DNA of 64,000 bases, taken from NCBI GenBank assembly GCA_004213405.1, contig SGYR01000001.1:8866-72865 (forward strand), written 5' to 3'. This document shows positions 19,591 through 29,608 of the stretch, piece after piece. How positions within the stretch are numbered: the stretch's first letter is position 1; the number at the start of each line of letters is the position of its first letter. The notes beneath the pieces were generated by a model. That model made no database searches. It was given only the letters and a program-made list of their open reading frames with translations, and was not told the DNA's origin. The DNA comes from Candidatus Actinomarinales bacterium. Its GTDB lineage: Bacteria; Actinomycetota; Acidimicrobiia; Actinomarinales; Actinomarinaceae. A program made the translations under genes and the position numbers.

Positions 19591-20082
19591 ATGGAAAAAA
19601 TAGAATGTAAGGCTTGCTCAGCTTCGGTAGACAAATCAATTGAGTTTTGTTCAAGTTGTGGTGAATGGCTTGGTTTAAGCATAAAAGACGTAGAAACTTC
19701 AGGTGCTAAAACAGAACCTGAAGTTACTAGAAGAGTTAGACCTTCTAAAGAATTGTTGTCACAACCACTATCAAATTATGGTGCAACTTCTTTACCAACA
19801 AGAAATGAAGTCCCTGGTATCAGAGCGGTATTTTTTCTAGCGATAATCATCCCGTTAATTGCTGCGGCTAGTTACTACTACAACCAAAATATCGCAGAGG
19901 AAGTAATTGAAGAAATTCAAGTTGTAGAACAGTCACAACAACAAGTACCTCAACTACAGTGCAAAGCTTACTTCAGCTTCAATATCCATTTAGCTGTTCA
20001 TCTTCAAGTAGCCTTGGAGAAGGATGGTCTTGCGAAAAAATATATGATGATGAGCCGTCTTCGTGGCAAGATAACGGCTTAG
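19591..20082 (+). CDS. Zinc-ribbon (CxxC-x12-CxxC) membrane protein, N-terminal portion; probably continues in overlapping frame
   Basis: CKACS...CSSCGEW zinc ribbon, one TM (AVFFLAIIIPLIAAASYYY); ORF tail looks non-protein-like after ~19950. Confidence 0.45.
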   Translation: MEKIECKACSASVDKSIEFCSSCGEWLGLSIKDVETSGAKTEPEVTRRVRPSKELLSQPLSNYGATSLPTRNEVPGIRAVFFLAIIIPLIAAASYYYNQNIAEEVIEEIQVVEQSQQQVPQLQCKAYFSFNIHLAVHLQVALEKDGLAKKYMMMSRLRGKITA

Positions 20083-20405
20083 AATGTGCAGATGCAACGT
20101 TAGAATTTACTTTCTCTAAAGATATTTATTTTCAATTTTTGACTTATGAAAACATAGAAGATTCAAAGTCTTTTAAGAGAAACTTCAAACCAAGAGATAT
20201 ATTAATAACATCAGAAGAAGAGGGGTTCTCAATAGAATATGAGCTTGAAAATCAAAACACTAGCTCACAATGGATCGATTTAAATACATCATCATCTGTA
20301 ATTACAATACAAATTTTAAGTGCATATCCTGGGGAAGAAGTTAATGGTGCAGAACCATTTCTAGAATGTTCTATTCAGGAAATTACTTTTTATGGACGTG
20401 GATAA
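19959..20405 (+). CDS. Probable extracytoplasmic domain of the same zinc-ribbon membrane protein (overlapping frame; frame open from 19911)
   Basis: Protein-like composition (DDEPSSWQDNGLECADATLEF...), Ser/Thr-rich linker in this frame upstream of annotated start; overlaps previous ORF by ~120 nt in different frame. Confidence 0.4.
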   Translation: MQSLLQLQYPFSCSSSSSLGEGWSCEKIYDDEPSSWQDNGLECADATLEFTFSKDIYFQFLTYENIEDSKSFKRNFKPRDILITSEEEGFSIEYELENQNTSSQWIDLNTSSSVITIQILSAYPGEEVNGAEPFLECSIQEITFYGRG

Positions 20406-21561
20406 GATGGATATCAATTCTCTCAAGTCTCAATTTTCAAAATATAAAAAAGACTTGTTAGATCTTAATAAATACATGTATGAAAATCCTGAATTGGGAT
20501 ATCAAGAGATTAAGTCTGTAAATAAAATTACTAAACTTATCAAAAAGCATACAGCAGATGCAAAATTTAAAAAGTTTACTGATATTCCTACTGCTTTTAC
20601 TGCTTCAATCAATAATAAGCCCAGAAAAGAAAATATTACTATATGTATAGAATATGATGCATTGCCGAATGTTGGACATGCTTGTGGACATAACCTAATA
20701 TCATCCATTGGATTAGGTGCATTTTTTATCCTTTCGAATTATATAAACGATCTAGATTACGAAATAAAGTTAGTAGGTTGTCCTGCTGAAGAAATCATTC
20801 CATTAACCTATGAAAATGGTGGTGGTGGTGGAAAAATAAAACTTTTAAACCAAGGTGCCTTCGATAACACTGCATATTCTGTAATGATCCATCCGGCTAC
20901 AAGAAATGAGGTGGATCCTTTAATGATTGCAGTAAAACAAATTGATATAGAATATTTTGGTAAAGCTGCACATGCGTCTGGTTCAGCATATGTTGGAAAA
21001 AATGCATTGGATGCTCAAATCCTTGCATACAACAACATCAGTGCTTTAAGGCAGCAGCTACAATCTGTAGAAAAAGTTCATGGAATAATTACTCATGGAG
21101 GTGAGTCACCCAATATTATTCCAGATTACACAAGGTCAAGTTGGATGATTCGTGCTCAAAAAACAAAAGACTTAAATAGATTAGAAAAGAAAATTATAAA
21201 TTGTTTCAAAGGAGCTGCAGAGTCTACAGGGTGTAAGTTAAACATTGTTGAAGGTAATGGGACTTATGAAAATTTAGTCACAGATAAAAAATTAAAGTCA
21301 ATATTTATGGAAAATTCAAAAAAACTTTCTTTAGATATGAAAACCAATGAAAGTTATGATCAAAGCAAAAACGGATCTACAGATTTTGGAAATATTTCAA
21401 AACAAGTTCCTTCATTACACGCATTTCTTCAAATTGTTGATGATGATGGTAAGATTGTAAACCACCAACCTGAATTTGCTCATGCAACAGTTACTAAAAG
21501 AGCTACTGATATGATTGAAACTGGTAGTGTTCTTTTAGCTTCTACTATTTTAGATTTGTAA
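20392..21561 (+). CDS. M20 family metallopeptidase/amidohydrolase (M20D, HipO/AbgB-like)
   Basis: HACGHN metal-binding motif, M20 dimerisation domain pattern. Confidence 0.8.
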   Translation: MDVDKMDINSLKSQFSKYKKDLLDLNKYMYENPELGYQEIKSVNKITKLIKKHTADAKFKKFTDIPTAFTASINNKPRKENITICIEYDALPNVGHACGHNLISSIGLGAFFILSNYINDLDYEIKLVGCPAEEIIPLTYENGGGGGKIKLLNQGAFDNTAYSVMIHPATRNEVDPLMIAVKQIDIEYFGKAAHASGSAYVGKNALDAQILAYNNISALRQQLQSVEKVHGIITHGGESPNIIPDYTRSSWMIRAQKTKDLNRLEKKIINCFKGAAESTGCKLNIVEGNGTYENLVTDKKLKSIFMENSKKLSLDMKTNESYDQSKNGSTDFGNISKQVPSLHAFLQIVDDDGKIVNHQPEFAHATVTKRATDMIETGSVLLASTILDL

Positions 21562-22522
21562 ACCTTGCATCAATAGCATTCTTTACAAGTTGACTGTATA
21601 AATTTCCATCTAACTCTAAATAATTTTCAGCTTTTTTAAATTCCTCGGAAATCTTTGTTTTTGCCATTAATCGATTATCTGAATTTAGCGTTACCTTAAA
21701 CCCAGATTTCAATAGCTTTATGGCCGGATGATTATCAATGCCTACTGAACTTGCGCCGGATTTAACATTTGAAGAAATGCAAATTTCTAAAGGGATTTCA
21801 TAATCTAATACATGTTGAGCAATTTTAGAATTTGGTAAATATTGACCATCTTTAAATTCACAACCCTCAATAATTTGCCAACCATGTCCTATCCTCTGTG
21901 CTTGGCAATTAAAGACTGCATCTTCAATATACGATAAGTCAGCTGCTTCTCCTGCATGTATTGTAAGTCCTATGTCAGATTCTGAAATTAAATTACAGGC
22001 ATCTTTATGTAGAGAAGGTGGAAAATTATATTCTGGTCCAGCAAGATCAAATCCTATAACTTTATTATTAAAATTATCAATTGCAAGCTTAGCAACCTCT
22101 GTAGAGTTTTGATGTTGCCGCATTGCACACAAAATAGTATGAAACTCTCCACCAAAATCTTTTTCACCATCTCTAACTCCCTGTGAAACAGCGTCCACTA
22201 CTTGTTGAGGTGAGAGTTTTTCTTTAAGATGCTGTAAGGGAGCATATCTCAATTCACCATACAAAACACCGTCAAGAACCAAGTCCTCTATTGCTTCATA
22301 AGCAACTCTATGGATTGCATCTGTGTCTTGCATTACTGAAATTGTCATCTCAAATTTTTTAAATACTTGATTTTTTTCAGTTGAAATATTTTCATAAAAC
22401 CAATTTTCTAAATCTTTTTCATCATCTAAAGGTAAATCTATATTTTTAGAAGTAGCTATATCAATAATTGTTTTTGCTCTTAATCCACCATCAAGATGTT
22501 CATGTAAGGCTGAAAACTCCAC
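21545..22522 (-). CDS. add: Adenosine deaminase
   Basis: HEHLDGGL N-terminal motif, HAGE, SDN(R) C-terminal motif. Confidence 0.85.
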   Translation of the reverse strand: MEFSALHEHLDGGLRAKTIIDIATSKNIDLPLDDEKDLENWFYENISTEKNQVFKKFEMTISVMQDTDAIHRVAYEAIEDLVLDGVLYGELRYAPLQHLKEKLSPQQVVDAVSQGVRDGEKDFGGEFHTILCAMRQHQNSTEVAKLAIDNFNNKVIGFDLAGPEYNFPPSLHKDACNLISESDIGLTIHAGEAADLSYIEDAVFNCQAQRIGHGWQIIEGCEFKDGQYLPNSKIAQHVLDYEIPLEICISSNVKSGASSVGIDNHPAIKLLKSGFKVTLNSDNRLMAKTKISEEFKKAENYLELDGNLYSQLVKNAIDARFTNLK

Positions 22523-23841
22523 TATAAAAAGTCTCCTTCTGAAATTTTTTTATCAAAACCTGTTTTTACAAATATTTTATTTAAAGCATTCATTCCATCT
22601 TCTAAAACTGCTTGTTCATCAATTTGTTGGAATTCTGAATTTTTTAAAACACACTTCCCGTCAATATATACGTCATTGATTTCTTTAGATGAAGCACACA
22701 TTACTATATTGTTAACAACATCATGCAATGGAAGCATCCTAGGCGTGTTAATTAGTACTGTTATAAAGTCTGCTTTTTGATTTTTTGATAATTTGCCTGA
22801 AAATACACCACCAGATATTCTCTTAATATTTTCCTCACTGGCTTTTCTAAATACTTCTTTTGGTTTGATGAAGTTTTTTTTGGCTACGGAATTATTTAAG
22901 ACTAATGCAGTTCTCATTTCTTCTAACATGTCATAGTCATCGTTACCTCCAGAACAATCTGTTCCTATTCCCCAATCAACACTTAATTCTGACAAAAAAT
23001 TTGTATTCATTGGTTTTCCGGCTATTCCGTGAGTTGTTGGGCAAAAAACCGGAAAAGCTTTTGACTCTGCGAGTAACTCCAAATCTCCATCTTCTATAAC
23101 ATTGCAATGAGCAGCTATTACTTTTTCATTTAATATTCCAAGGTTATATGCATGTTTTATAGGAGAAGTTTTAAAATTAGATTTAATATACTCCATTTCT
23201 TTTTGAGTTTGAGCTAGATGAATATGTGTTAATAAATTATTTTCTAATGCATAATTACTTAATTCTTTTAGAATTTTTGGGCTAACTGTTGAAGTTTCAT
23301 GCGGTGCAACAATTGGGTGAACTGTTTTAGAATTTTTCCAATTACTATTAAATGACTTTGCTTGGTTAATTTGTTCATTACCTGTCCATGGACCATATTC
23401 AGTCATAATTGTGTGCCCAATAAATCCTCTTATGCCAATCGTTTCACATGCTTTTGCGACAGAATCAGCAAAAAAGTAATGATCATTAATTGAGGTTGTT
23501 CCAGATGATATTGCATCCATCATTCCTAATAAGGAGAGTTTATAAACCAAATCATTTTCTAAGGCAGGCTCAATACCCCACATCACATCGTAAAGTGCAC
23601 TTGCACTTCCATAGCCAAGTCCCTTTACAGAATTTAAAGCTACATGTGAGTGAGCATTTGTAAAACCTGGTGAGATTATTACATCTCCTAAGTCATTTAT
23701 GTTTTTAGAATCTTTAGAAATTGTTTCTATCGGTACTATACCCTCTATATAGTTTCCATTAACAATTAATACAGAATTCTCATGAACAGTTTTGTAATCT
23801 TCAACTATGTATCGGGCTGAGAAATATTCTTGATTTATCAA
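22522..23841 (-). CDS. Amidohydrolase-superfamily deaminase/chlorohydrolase (purine or nucleoside deaminase-like, substrate unknown)
   Basis: HSHV metal-binding start motif, TIM-barrel amidohydrolase pattern; purine salvage context. Confidence 0.7.
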   Translation of the reverse strand: MINQEYFSARYIVEDYKTVHENSVLIVNGNYIEGIVPIETISKDSKNINDLGDVIISPGFTNAHSHVALNSVKGLGYGSASALYDVMWGIEPALENDLVYKLSLLGMMDAISSGTTSINDHYFFADSVAKACETIGIRGFIGHTIMTEYGPWTGNEQINQAKSFNSNWKNSKTVHPIVAPHETSTVSPKILKELSNYALENNLLTHIHLAQTQKEMEYIKSNFKTSPIKHAYNLGILNEKVIAAHCNVIEDGDLELLAESKAFPVFCPTTHGIAGKPMNTNFLSELSVDWGIGTDCSGGNDDYDMLEEMRTALVLNNSVAKKNFIKPKEVFRKASEENIKRISGGVFSGKLSKNQKADFITVLINTPRMLPLHDVVNNIVMCASSKEINDVYIDGKCVLKNSEFQQIDEQAVLEDGMNALNKIFVKTGFDKKISEGDFL

Positions 23842-24768
23842 TTATTGTTCAGGAATAGGTACAGGTCTTACCCTTATTCTTTGTCTTATGCCAATAAGTA
23901 TTAACACAACAACTGTTAGAGCATAAGGGACCATTAAGATTAGCCTTGAGTCTAATTCATATACCCCTTGGAGTCTTATACCAATTGCGTCGCCTAAACC
24001 AAAAAATAAACTAGCACCAAATGTACCAAGTGGAGTATTGTTACCAAATGAAGAAGCAACAAGTCCTATATATCCTTTTCCAGCTGACATTCCCTCTGTA
24101 AAAAGAGTCATATTTTCAAGTGAAAGAAAAGTACCGCCTATACCTGCTAAAACTCCTGAAAAAACAACAGTTAACCATTTCATTCTTAAAGTATTAATTC
24201 CAGCATCTTCTGCAGCCTCAGGATTTTCCCCAGTAGCTCTAATAGCTGTGCCTAATCTTGTTTTGTAATAAACCAAATATAAAACAATAGCTAGGAAAAA
24301 AACAAGGTAAATTGAAGGTGTATACCCTGAAAAAATTTTTTCAAAACGAGTATCTACAAGAAAGTCAAAAGTTATTGGATCAATGCCTTGAATGGAAGGG
24401 TCTGAAAAAAAACCTCTACGTTTAAATAATGTTTCTAGTAAATATCTTGTACCAGCAATAGAAAAAATGTTAATTGCCAATCCTACTAAAACTTCATCTG
24501 CACCTAGATTGAAACTCAAAAAACCAAATAGAATTGCCGTAAGTACTCCAGCGGATACTCCCCAAATAAAACCAGTCAAGGCACTACCTGAGTAGTAGCT
24601 TGCTGCAATTCCAACAAATGCTGCATTGAGCATTTTACCCTCTAAACCAATGTTTAGAACACCAGAAGCAGAGCACATTGCCGCACCAAACCCAATTAAG
24701 GCAATTGGAGTCGCGCTTCGAATTAAGCTCCTAAAAAGAGAGATATCAAATATTTCAAGCCATTCCAT
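23842..24768 (-). CDS. ABC transporter permease (nucleoside/BMP-family system)
   Basis: Polytopic permease in operon with BMP lipoprotein and duplicated ATPase. Confidence 0.8.
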   Translation of the reverse strand: MEWLEIFDISLFRSLIRSATPIALIGFGAAMCSASGVLNIGLEGKMLNAAFVGIAASYYSGSALTGFIWGVSAGVLTAILFGFLSFNLGADEVLVGLAINIFSIAGTRYLLETLFKRRGFFSDPSIQGIDPITFDFLVDTRFEKIFSGYTPSIYLVFFLAIVLYLVYYKTRLGTAIRATGENPEAAEDAGINTLRMKWLTVVFSGVLAGIGGTFLSLENMTLFTEGMSAGKGYIGLVASSFGNNTPLGTFGASLFFGLGDAIGIRLQGVYELDSRLILMVPYALTVVVLILIGIRQRIRVRPVPIPEQ

Positions 24769-25851
24769 TTATTTAATCTTTCTAGTAAAAAAAGCATCAA
24801 GTTTTCTAACGAATTTAAATCTTTCAAGAGAAGATACAAGCTTCTGTGCGCTTACAAAAAATATTAAAATTGAAAGAAGAATTACAACTATTTCTCGAGA
24901 AACTTCAGTTTTATAATCAACAAATAAACCTCCGTTTCTTAAAGCACTCCAAAATAAAGAAGCAATTAAACCACCGATTGGTTCTAATTTACCTACAATT
25001 GCAATAAGAATTCCATCAAACCCTTGGTTGAAAAGAAGTTCTTGGTAAAAATATCTAGCATTTCCAAGAATTTCGATACCACCAGCAAGTCCCCCAAGCC
25101 CTCCAGAAATTAACATTCCTGTTATTGCAGATCTATCTGAAGGTATTCCAAGATATGAACTATATCGAGATGGATAAAAGCCTACAAGACCATCACCGCC
25201 AGATCTTAATTCGTAACCAAATGTTGTTTTTTTAAGAATAAAATACGTTAAAAATGCAATAATTACCGCTATGAAAAAACCAGAGTTAAATTGTGAATTT
25301 GGAAAATATTGTTTTAATTCAGCAGTTTCTAATATTCTTGGAGTAGCAGGTGCTATAGGGTCTGCTCTAAATGGTCCATTAGCCATATAGGAAACAAACA
25401 GTACAGCAACGAAATTAAGAATAATTGTAGAAATTATCTCACTTACACCCGCATAAACTTTTAATAAAGCCGGTAGCAACATCCACAAACTTCCAGTAAT
25501 AATAGCAATAGCTATACATAGAGATACATGGGGAATATGGCCCAAGGATGTAAATTTATATCCTGCCCATGCAGCATATAAACCCCCGATATACATTGAT
25601 CCATTTATTCCAATATTGAACATACCAACTCTGAAAGAAACCACAGTAGCAATTGACGTTAGAATATATGGAGTCGCAATATTTAAAGTATTCAAAATAT
25701 TTCTCTGTCCAACAACAGCGCCTTCAAAAAATAATTTCCCAATTTCTCTAGGAACAAAACCAGTAACAGTTAATAAAACCCAAGCAATACCAATAGTTAT
25801 TATTGTTCCTGCAAAAAGAATGAGTACGTCTTTAAATGAAAATTTTTCCAT
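24769..25851 (-). CDS. ABC transporter permease (nucleoside/BMP-family system)
   Basis: Polytopic permease; operon context. Confidence 0.8.
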   Translation of the reverse strand: MEKFSFKDVLILFAGTIITIGIAWVLLTVTGFVPREIGKLFFEGAVVGQRNILNTLNIATPYILTSIATVVSFRVGMFNIGINGSMYIGGLYAAWAGYKFTSLGHIPHVSLCIAIAIITGSLWMLLPALLKVYAGVSEIISTIILNFVAVLFVSYMANGPFRADPIAPATPRILETAELKQYFPNSQFNSGFFIAVIIAFLTYFILKKTTFGYELRSGGDGLVGFYPSRYSSYLGIPSDRSAITGMLISGGLGGLAGGIEILGNARYFYQELLFNQGFDGILIAIVGKLEPIGGLIASLFWSALRNGGLFVDYKTEVSREIVVILLSILIFFVSAQKLVSSLERFKFVRKLDAFFTRKIK

Positions 25852-25853
25852 TA

Positions 25854-27380
25854 TTAATCCTTTATTCCAGCCATATATAGACCCATTTGTTGCTGATCTA
25901 CATCTTTAGGGTTTACCCATTCAACTATTTCACCCTCATAAATAACTGCAACCCTATCTGCGACTGACATAACCTCATCTAATTCTGCAGAAACTAATAA
26001 AACTGCTTTTCCAGAATCTCTAATCTCAATAAGTTGTTTATGAATTGCTTCTATATTTCCTATATCAACACCGCGAGTTGGTTGAGATGCTATTGTCAAT
26101 AGTGGATCTTCTGAGAGCTCCCTAGCAATAACAACTTTTTGTTGGTTTCCACCGGATAAAGATCCTGTTCTTACGAAAACTCCAGGTGTTCTGATATCAA
26201 ATTTTTCCCTTAGATTATTACTGTGGTCAACTACGTTTTTCATGCTTATAATTCCACCCTTAGAAAGAGGGCTTCTAAAATATGATGTTCCTACTAAGTT
26301 TTCCCAAATATCTAATTTCAAGTTAAGGCCTGTATTAGCCCTGTCCTCTGGAACATGTGCTAAGCCAGCTCTACGTCTTTTTCGCGGTGAAAAAGATTCT
26401 ATATTTTTACCATCAAATATAACCTCACCTTTACTTGTTGGCCTTAAGCCTGACAAAGCTTCAACTAGTTCTGTTTGACCATTTCCATCAACACCTGCGA
26501 TTCCAACAATTTCACCTTTATGAACATCTAAAGAAAAGTTTTTGACTGCAAGCAAACCTCTTGCATCATGAACCCATAAATTCTTTACTTCTAAAACTTT
26601 TTCAGTAGGTTTTGCTTTTTCTTTTTCGACTTGCATAAATACTTCACGTCCTACCATTAATTTTGCTAATTCTTCGGGAGAAGTATTTTTTGTATCGGAA
26701 ACCCCTTGAACTTTTCCATCTCTCATTACTGTAACTCTGTCAGAAATTTCCATAACTTCTCTTAACTTATGGGTAATAAAAATTACTGTTTTGCCTTCGT
26801 CAACAAGGCTTCTGATGACTTCAAATAATTCATCGGTCTCCTGTGGTGTAAGTACTGCAGTTGGTTCATCTAAAATTAAGATATTTGCGTTTCTATATAA
26901 AGTTTTAAGAATTTCAGTTCTTTGTTGAATACCAACAGATGCGTCTATCATTCTGAGTTTTGGATCAACATCTAATCCATACTTTTTTGCAATATTTGAA
27001 ACTTCAGAATTTAATTTATCCCAATCAATAAAACCTCTGGAATTTCTTGGTTCTTGGCCTAAACCTATGTTTTCTGCAGCAGTAAAAGAAGGCACTAGAT
27101 GAAATTCTTGATGAACCATACCTATGCCTAGTTCAATCGCTTTATCTACTTTGTTTATTTCAACCGACTTATCATTTATAAATATTTCACCTGAATCAGG
27201 TTGTTCAATTCCATATAAAATTTTTACAAGAGTAGATTTGCCAGCTCCATTTTCACCAACTAGTGCGTGTATCTCACCTTTTAAAACCTTGAAATCGACT
27301 GAATCATTAGCAGTAACTCCCGGATAGGATTTTGTTATATTTTTTACTTCTACTGCTGTTTCTATATTTTTTTGAGTCAT
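25854..27380 (-). CDS. ABC transporter ATP-binding protein, duplicated ATPase (sugar/nucleoside type)
   Basis: Two nucleotide-binding domains: GENGAGKST ... LSGGNQQK. Confidence 0.85.
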   Translation of the reverse strand: MTQKNIETAVEVKNITKSYPGVTANDSVDFKVLKGEIHALVGENGAGKSTLVKILYGIEQPDSGEIFINDKSVEINKVDKAIELGIGMVHQEFHLVPSFTAAENIGLGQEPRNSRGFIDWDKLNSEVSNIAKKYGLDVDPKLRMIDASVGIQQRTEILKTLYRNANILILDEPTAVLTPQETDELFEVIRSLVDEGKTVIFITHKLREVMEISDRVTVMRDGKVQGVSDTKNTSPEELAKLMVGREVFMQVEKEKAKPTEKVLEVKNLWVHDARGLLAVKNFSLDVHKGEIVGIAGVDGNGQTELVEALSGLRPTSKGEVIFDGKNIESFSPRKRRRAGLAHVPEDRANTGLNLKLDIWENLVGTSYFRSPLSKGGIISMKNVVDHSNNLREKFDIRTPGVFVRTGSLSGGNQQKVVIARELSEDPLLTIASQPTRGVDIGNIEAIHKQLIEIRDSGKAVLLVSAELDEVMSVADRVAVIYEGEIVEWVNPKDVDQQQMGLYMAGIKD

Positions 27381-27395
27381 GATATATATTTTATA

Positions 27396-27427
27396 TTTTC
27401 TAGCCCGAAAGAAATCGGGCTAGAAAA
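27396..27427 (-). other. Intercistronic 13-bp perfect stem-loop between SBP gene and ATPase gene
   Basis: TTTTCTAGCCCGA-AAGAAA-TCGGGCTAGAAAA; no downstream U-tract on the transcribed strand so more likely mRNA stabiliser/attenuator than full terminator. Confidence 0.55.
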
Positions 27428-27441
27428 TAAATTATTATATA

Positions 27442-28566
27442 TTAGCCACCAGCTGTAACGTCGGTAACTACTATTTCACCAGATACAATCATAGCTCTGA
27501 CTGCTGCGACTTCATCAATAAGCGCATCAATCTCTGCTGCCATGTCTGGATTGTTTTCTTTGAAGAGATTTGTTCCGTCAACAAGCCATGTTGATCCGAC
27601 AAAATTTTCTGCTAATCCATAGCTATCAATTGAGCTAAATACTTGTCCATTAGCTGCAATTGTGTCCTGGATAACTTTATAAACTGATTTATCAACACCC
27701 TTCATCATTGATGTAATCATTGTTCCTGGTTGAATGTAGTCTTGATTTGAGTCAACACCAACTGCATAATTACCAGTTTCTGCTGCTGCTTCGTATGCTC
27801 CATCACCTGTTGCACCACCAGCGGCAAAAATTACGTCAGCACCTTGTTCAAAGCAACTGAGCCCAATTTCTTTACCTTTTGCAGGGTCTCCCCAGCTTCC
27901 AGCATAACCTGCGCAGAATTCAACATCAGGATTTGCATATCTAGCACCTTCTTCCCAACCAGTTTGGAATTTTCTAATGATTGGAACGTCCATTCCTCCC
28001 ATGAAAGCTACCTTTCCAGTTTTAGAAAGTTTTGCAGCAATATAACCTACTTCAAAAGAACCTTCATGTTCTTTGAAAATAATATTTGCCACATTAGGCA
28101 ATAGATTTCCGTCATCATCAGTCACAACCATATCTACAATTGCAAACTGAATATCTGGATTAGCAAGAGCTGCTTCTTTAATTCTCTCTGCTTCAGAAAA
28201 GCTAATTCCAATAATTAATTCTTTCCCGTCAGCAATGAGATTTTGATAAGCTGCTGCTCTTTCAGATTCTTCGGCTTCAATAAAGTCGCCGTCGATTCCT
28301 AATTCAGCAAGTGCTTGATCGAAGCCTCTTTTCGCTGAGTCCATAAATGAACGGTCTCCTAAAGCTCCAAGTACTATACCTACTTTTAACGCTTCTGCTT
28401 CTGGCTCTGCTGCAGCTGCTGCAGTTGTAGCTGGTGAATCAAGAGTTTCTTGTTCTGCTACAGGTTCTGCAACCTCTTCAGTAGTTGATTCTGAACTGCC
28501 ACCACAGGCAGAGAGAATCAACATCAATGACAGAAGTACAAAAACGGATTTCTTTTTAGTAATCAT
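27442..28566 (-). CDS. BMP family (basic membrane protein) nucleoside-binding ABC transporter substrate-binding lipoprotein
   Basis: Lipoprotein signal LSACGG, Ala/Pro/Thr linker, BMP/PnrA-like fold motifs. Confidence 0.8.
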   Translation of the reverse strand: MITKKKSVFVLLSLMLILSACGGSSESTTEEVAEPVAEQETLDSPATTAAAAAEPEAEALKVGIVLGALGDRSFMDSAKRGFDQALAELGIDGDFIEAEESERAAAYQNLIADGKELIIGISFSEAERIKEAALANPDIQFAIVDMVVTDDDGNLLPNVANIIFKEHEGSFEVGYIAAKLSKTGKVAFMGGMDVPIIRKFQTGWEEGARYANPDVEFCAGYAGSWGDPAKGKEIGLSCFEQGADVIFAAGGATGDGAYEAAAETGNYAVGVDSNQDYIQPGTMITSMMKGVDKSVYKVIQDTIAANGQVFSSIDSYGLAENFVGSTWLVDGTNLFKENNPDMAAEIDALIDEVAAVRAMIVSGEIVVTDVTAGG

Positions 28567-28657
28567 TAATTTACTCCTTCATTATTTAAATAATGATCTA
28601 ATAATTCTATCTGAAATTATTAATAGTGTCTTATTGATTAAAAGTAAATATTTAATT

Positions 28658-29590
28658 TTATGGGAGAAGTTTTGAGGTATTTGTTATTATATTAAACAAT
28701 TTTTTATCATCTACTTTGTTCATCCAGTGGACGTTTTTTTCTCTTCCAGAAATATTATTAATGTCGACCACAGTCTGCCCTAGTGTTAATTCTGAATCAA
28801 CCTCAACTTCGACATTGGTAAATTCTCCAGAAGTTAAAGAGCTATCGACTAAATAAGCAGTTACAAATGCATCATGTACGGGAGTTCCATCTGGAAACTT
28901 TTGTTTAACTATTTCTAAATCAGCTAGGGACCCCATTAATCCAACAAGATATTCTCCAGTAGTGGTGCCTGTTTCATGAATTGTATTTAGTCTTTCACTT
29001 GTAGAAATTGCTTGATGTGTAACGTCTAACCCCATCATTACCAATTTTGCACCTGAACTTAACACTACTTTTGCTGCTTCCGGGTCAACTAAAATATTAA
29101 ACTCTGCCACAGGTGTATGATTTCCAAAACCTGCTCCTCCTCCCATGAAAATAATTTGCTCTATGTTTTTAGCTAACTCAGGGTTAGCGCTTAAAACTTT
29201 TCCAATATTTGTCATTGGACCAAGAACACAAATGGTAATTTTCTCATCACTGTTTTTTAGTAATTCAGTTATGTAATCTACTGCTCCTATAAATTCTTCG
29301 CTTTTTGAAGGCTCAGGAAACCCAACACCATTTAACCCATCTGTTCCGTGAACCCATTCTGCTGTGAGTAAATCTCTATTTAAGGGCTTCGATTCCCCTT
29401 TGTAAACTGGGATACTGTTTCTATTGGCATGTTCGAGAATTCTAAGAGCATTTCTTGTTCCAACATCTACTCCAACATTTCCTCCAACAGTAGTTAATGC
29501 GAGTAATTCCTCATCCGTAAAGTGTGCTAAAGCAATGAGAATTGCTACGGCGTCATCAGTACCTGGGTCGGTATCGATAATGAATTTCAT
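28658..29590 (-). CDS. Nucleoside hydrolase (inosine-uridine preferring family)
   Basis: N-terminal DTDPGTDDAVAI aspartate cluster. Confidence 0.9.
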   Translation of the reverse strand: MKFIIDTDPGTDDAVAILIALAHFTDEELLALTTVGGNVGVDVGTRNALRILEHANRNSIPVYKGESKPLNRDLLTAEWVHGTDGLNGVGFPEPSKSEEFIGAVDYITELLKNSDEKITICVLGPMTNIGKVLSANPELAKNIEQIIFMGGGAGFGNHTPVAEFNILVDPEAAKVVLSSGAKLVMMGLDVTHQAISTSERLNTIHETGTTTGEYLVGLMGSLADLEIVKQKFPDGTPVHDAFVTAYLVDSSLTSGEFTNVEVEVDSELTLGQTVVDINNISGREKNVHWMNKVDDKKLFNIITNTSKLLP

Positions 29591-29608
29591 TTAATTATTG
29601 TAGTATTT

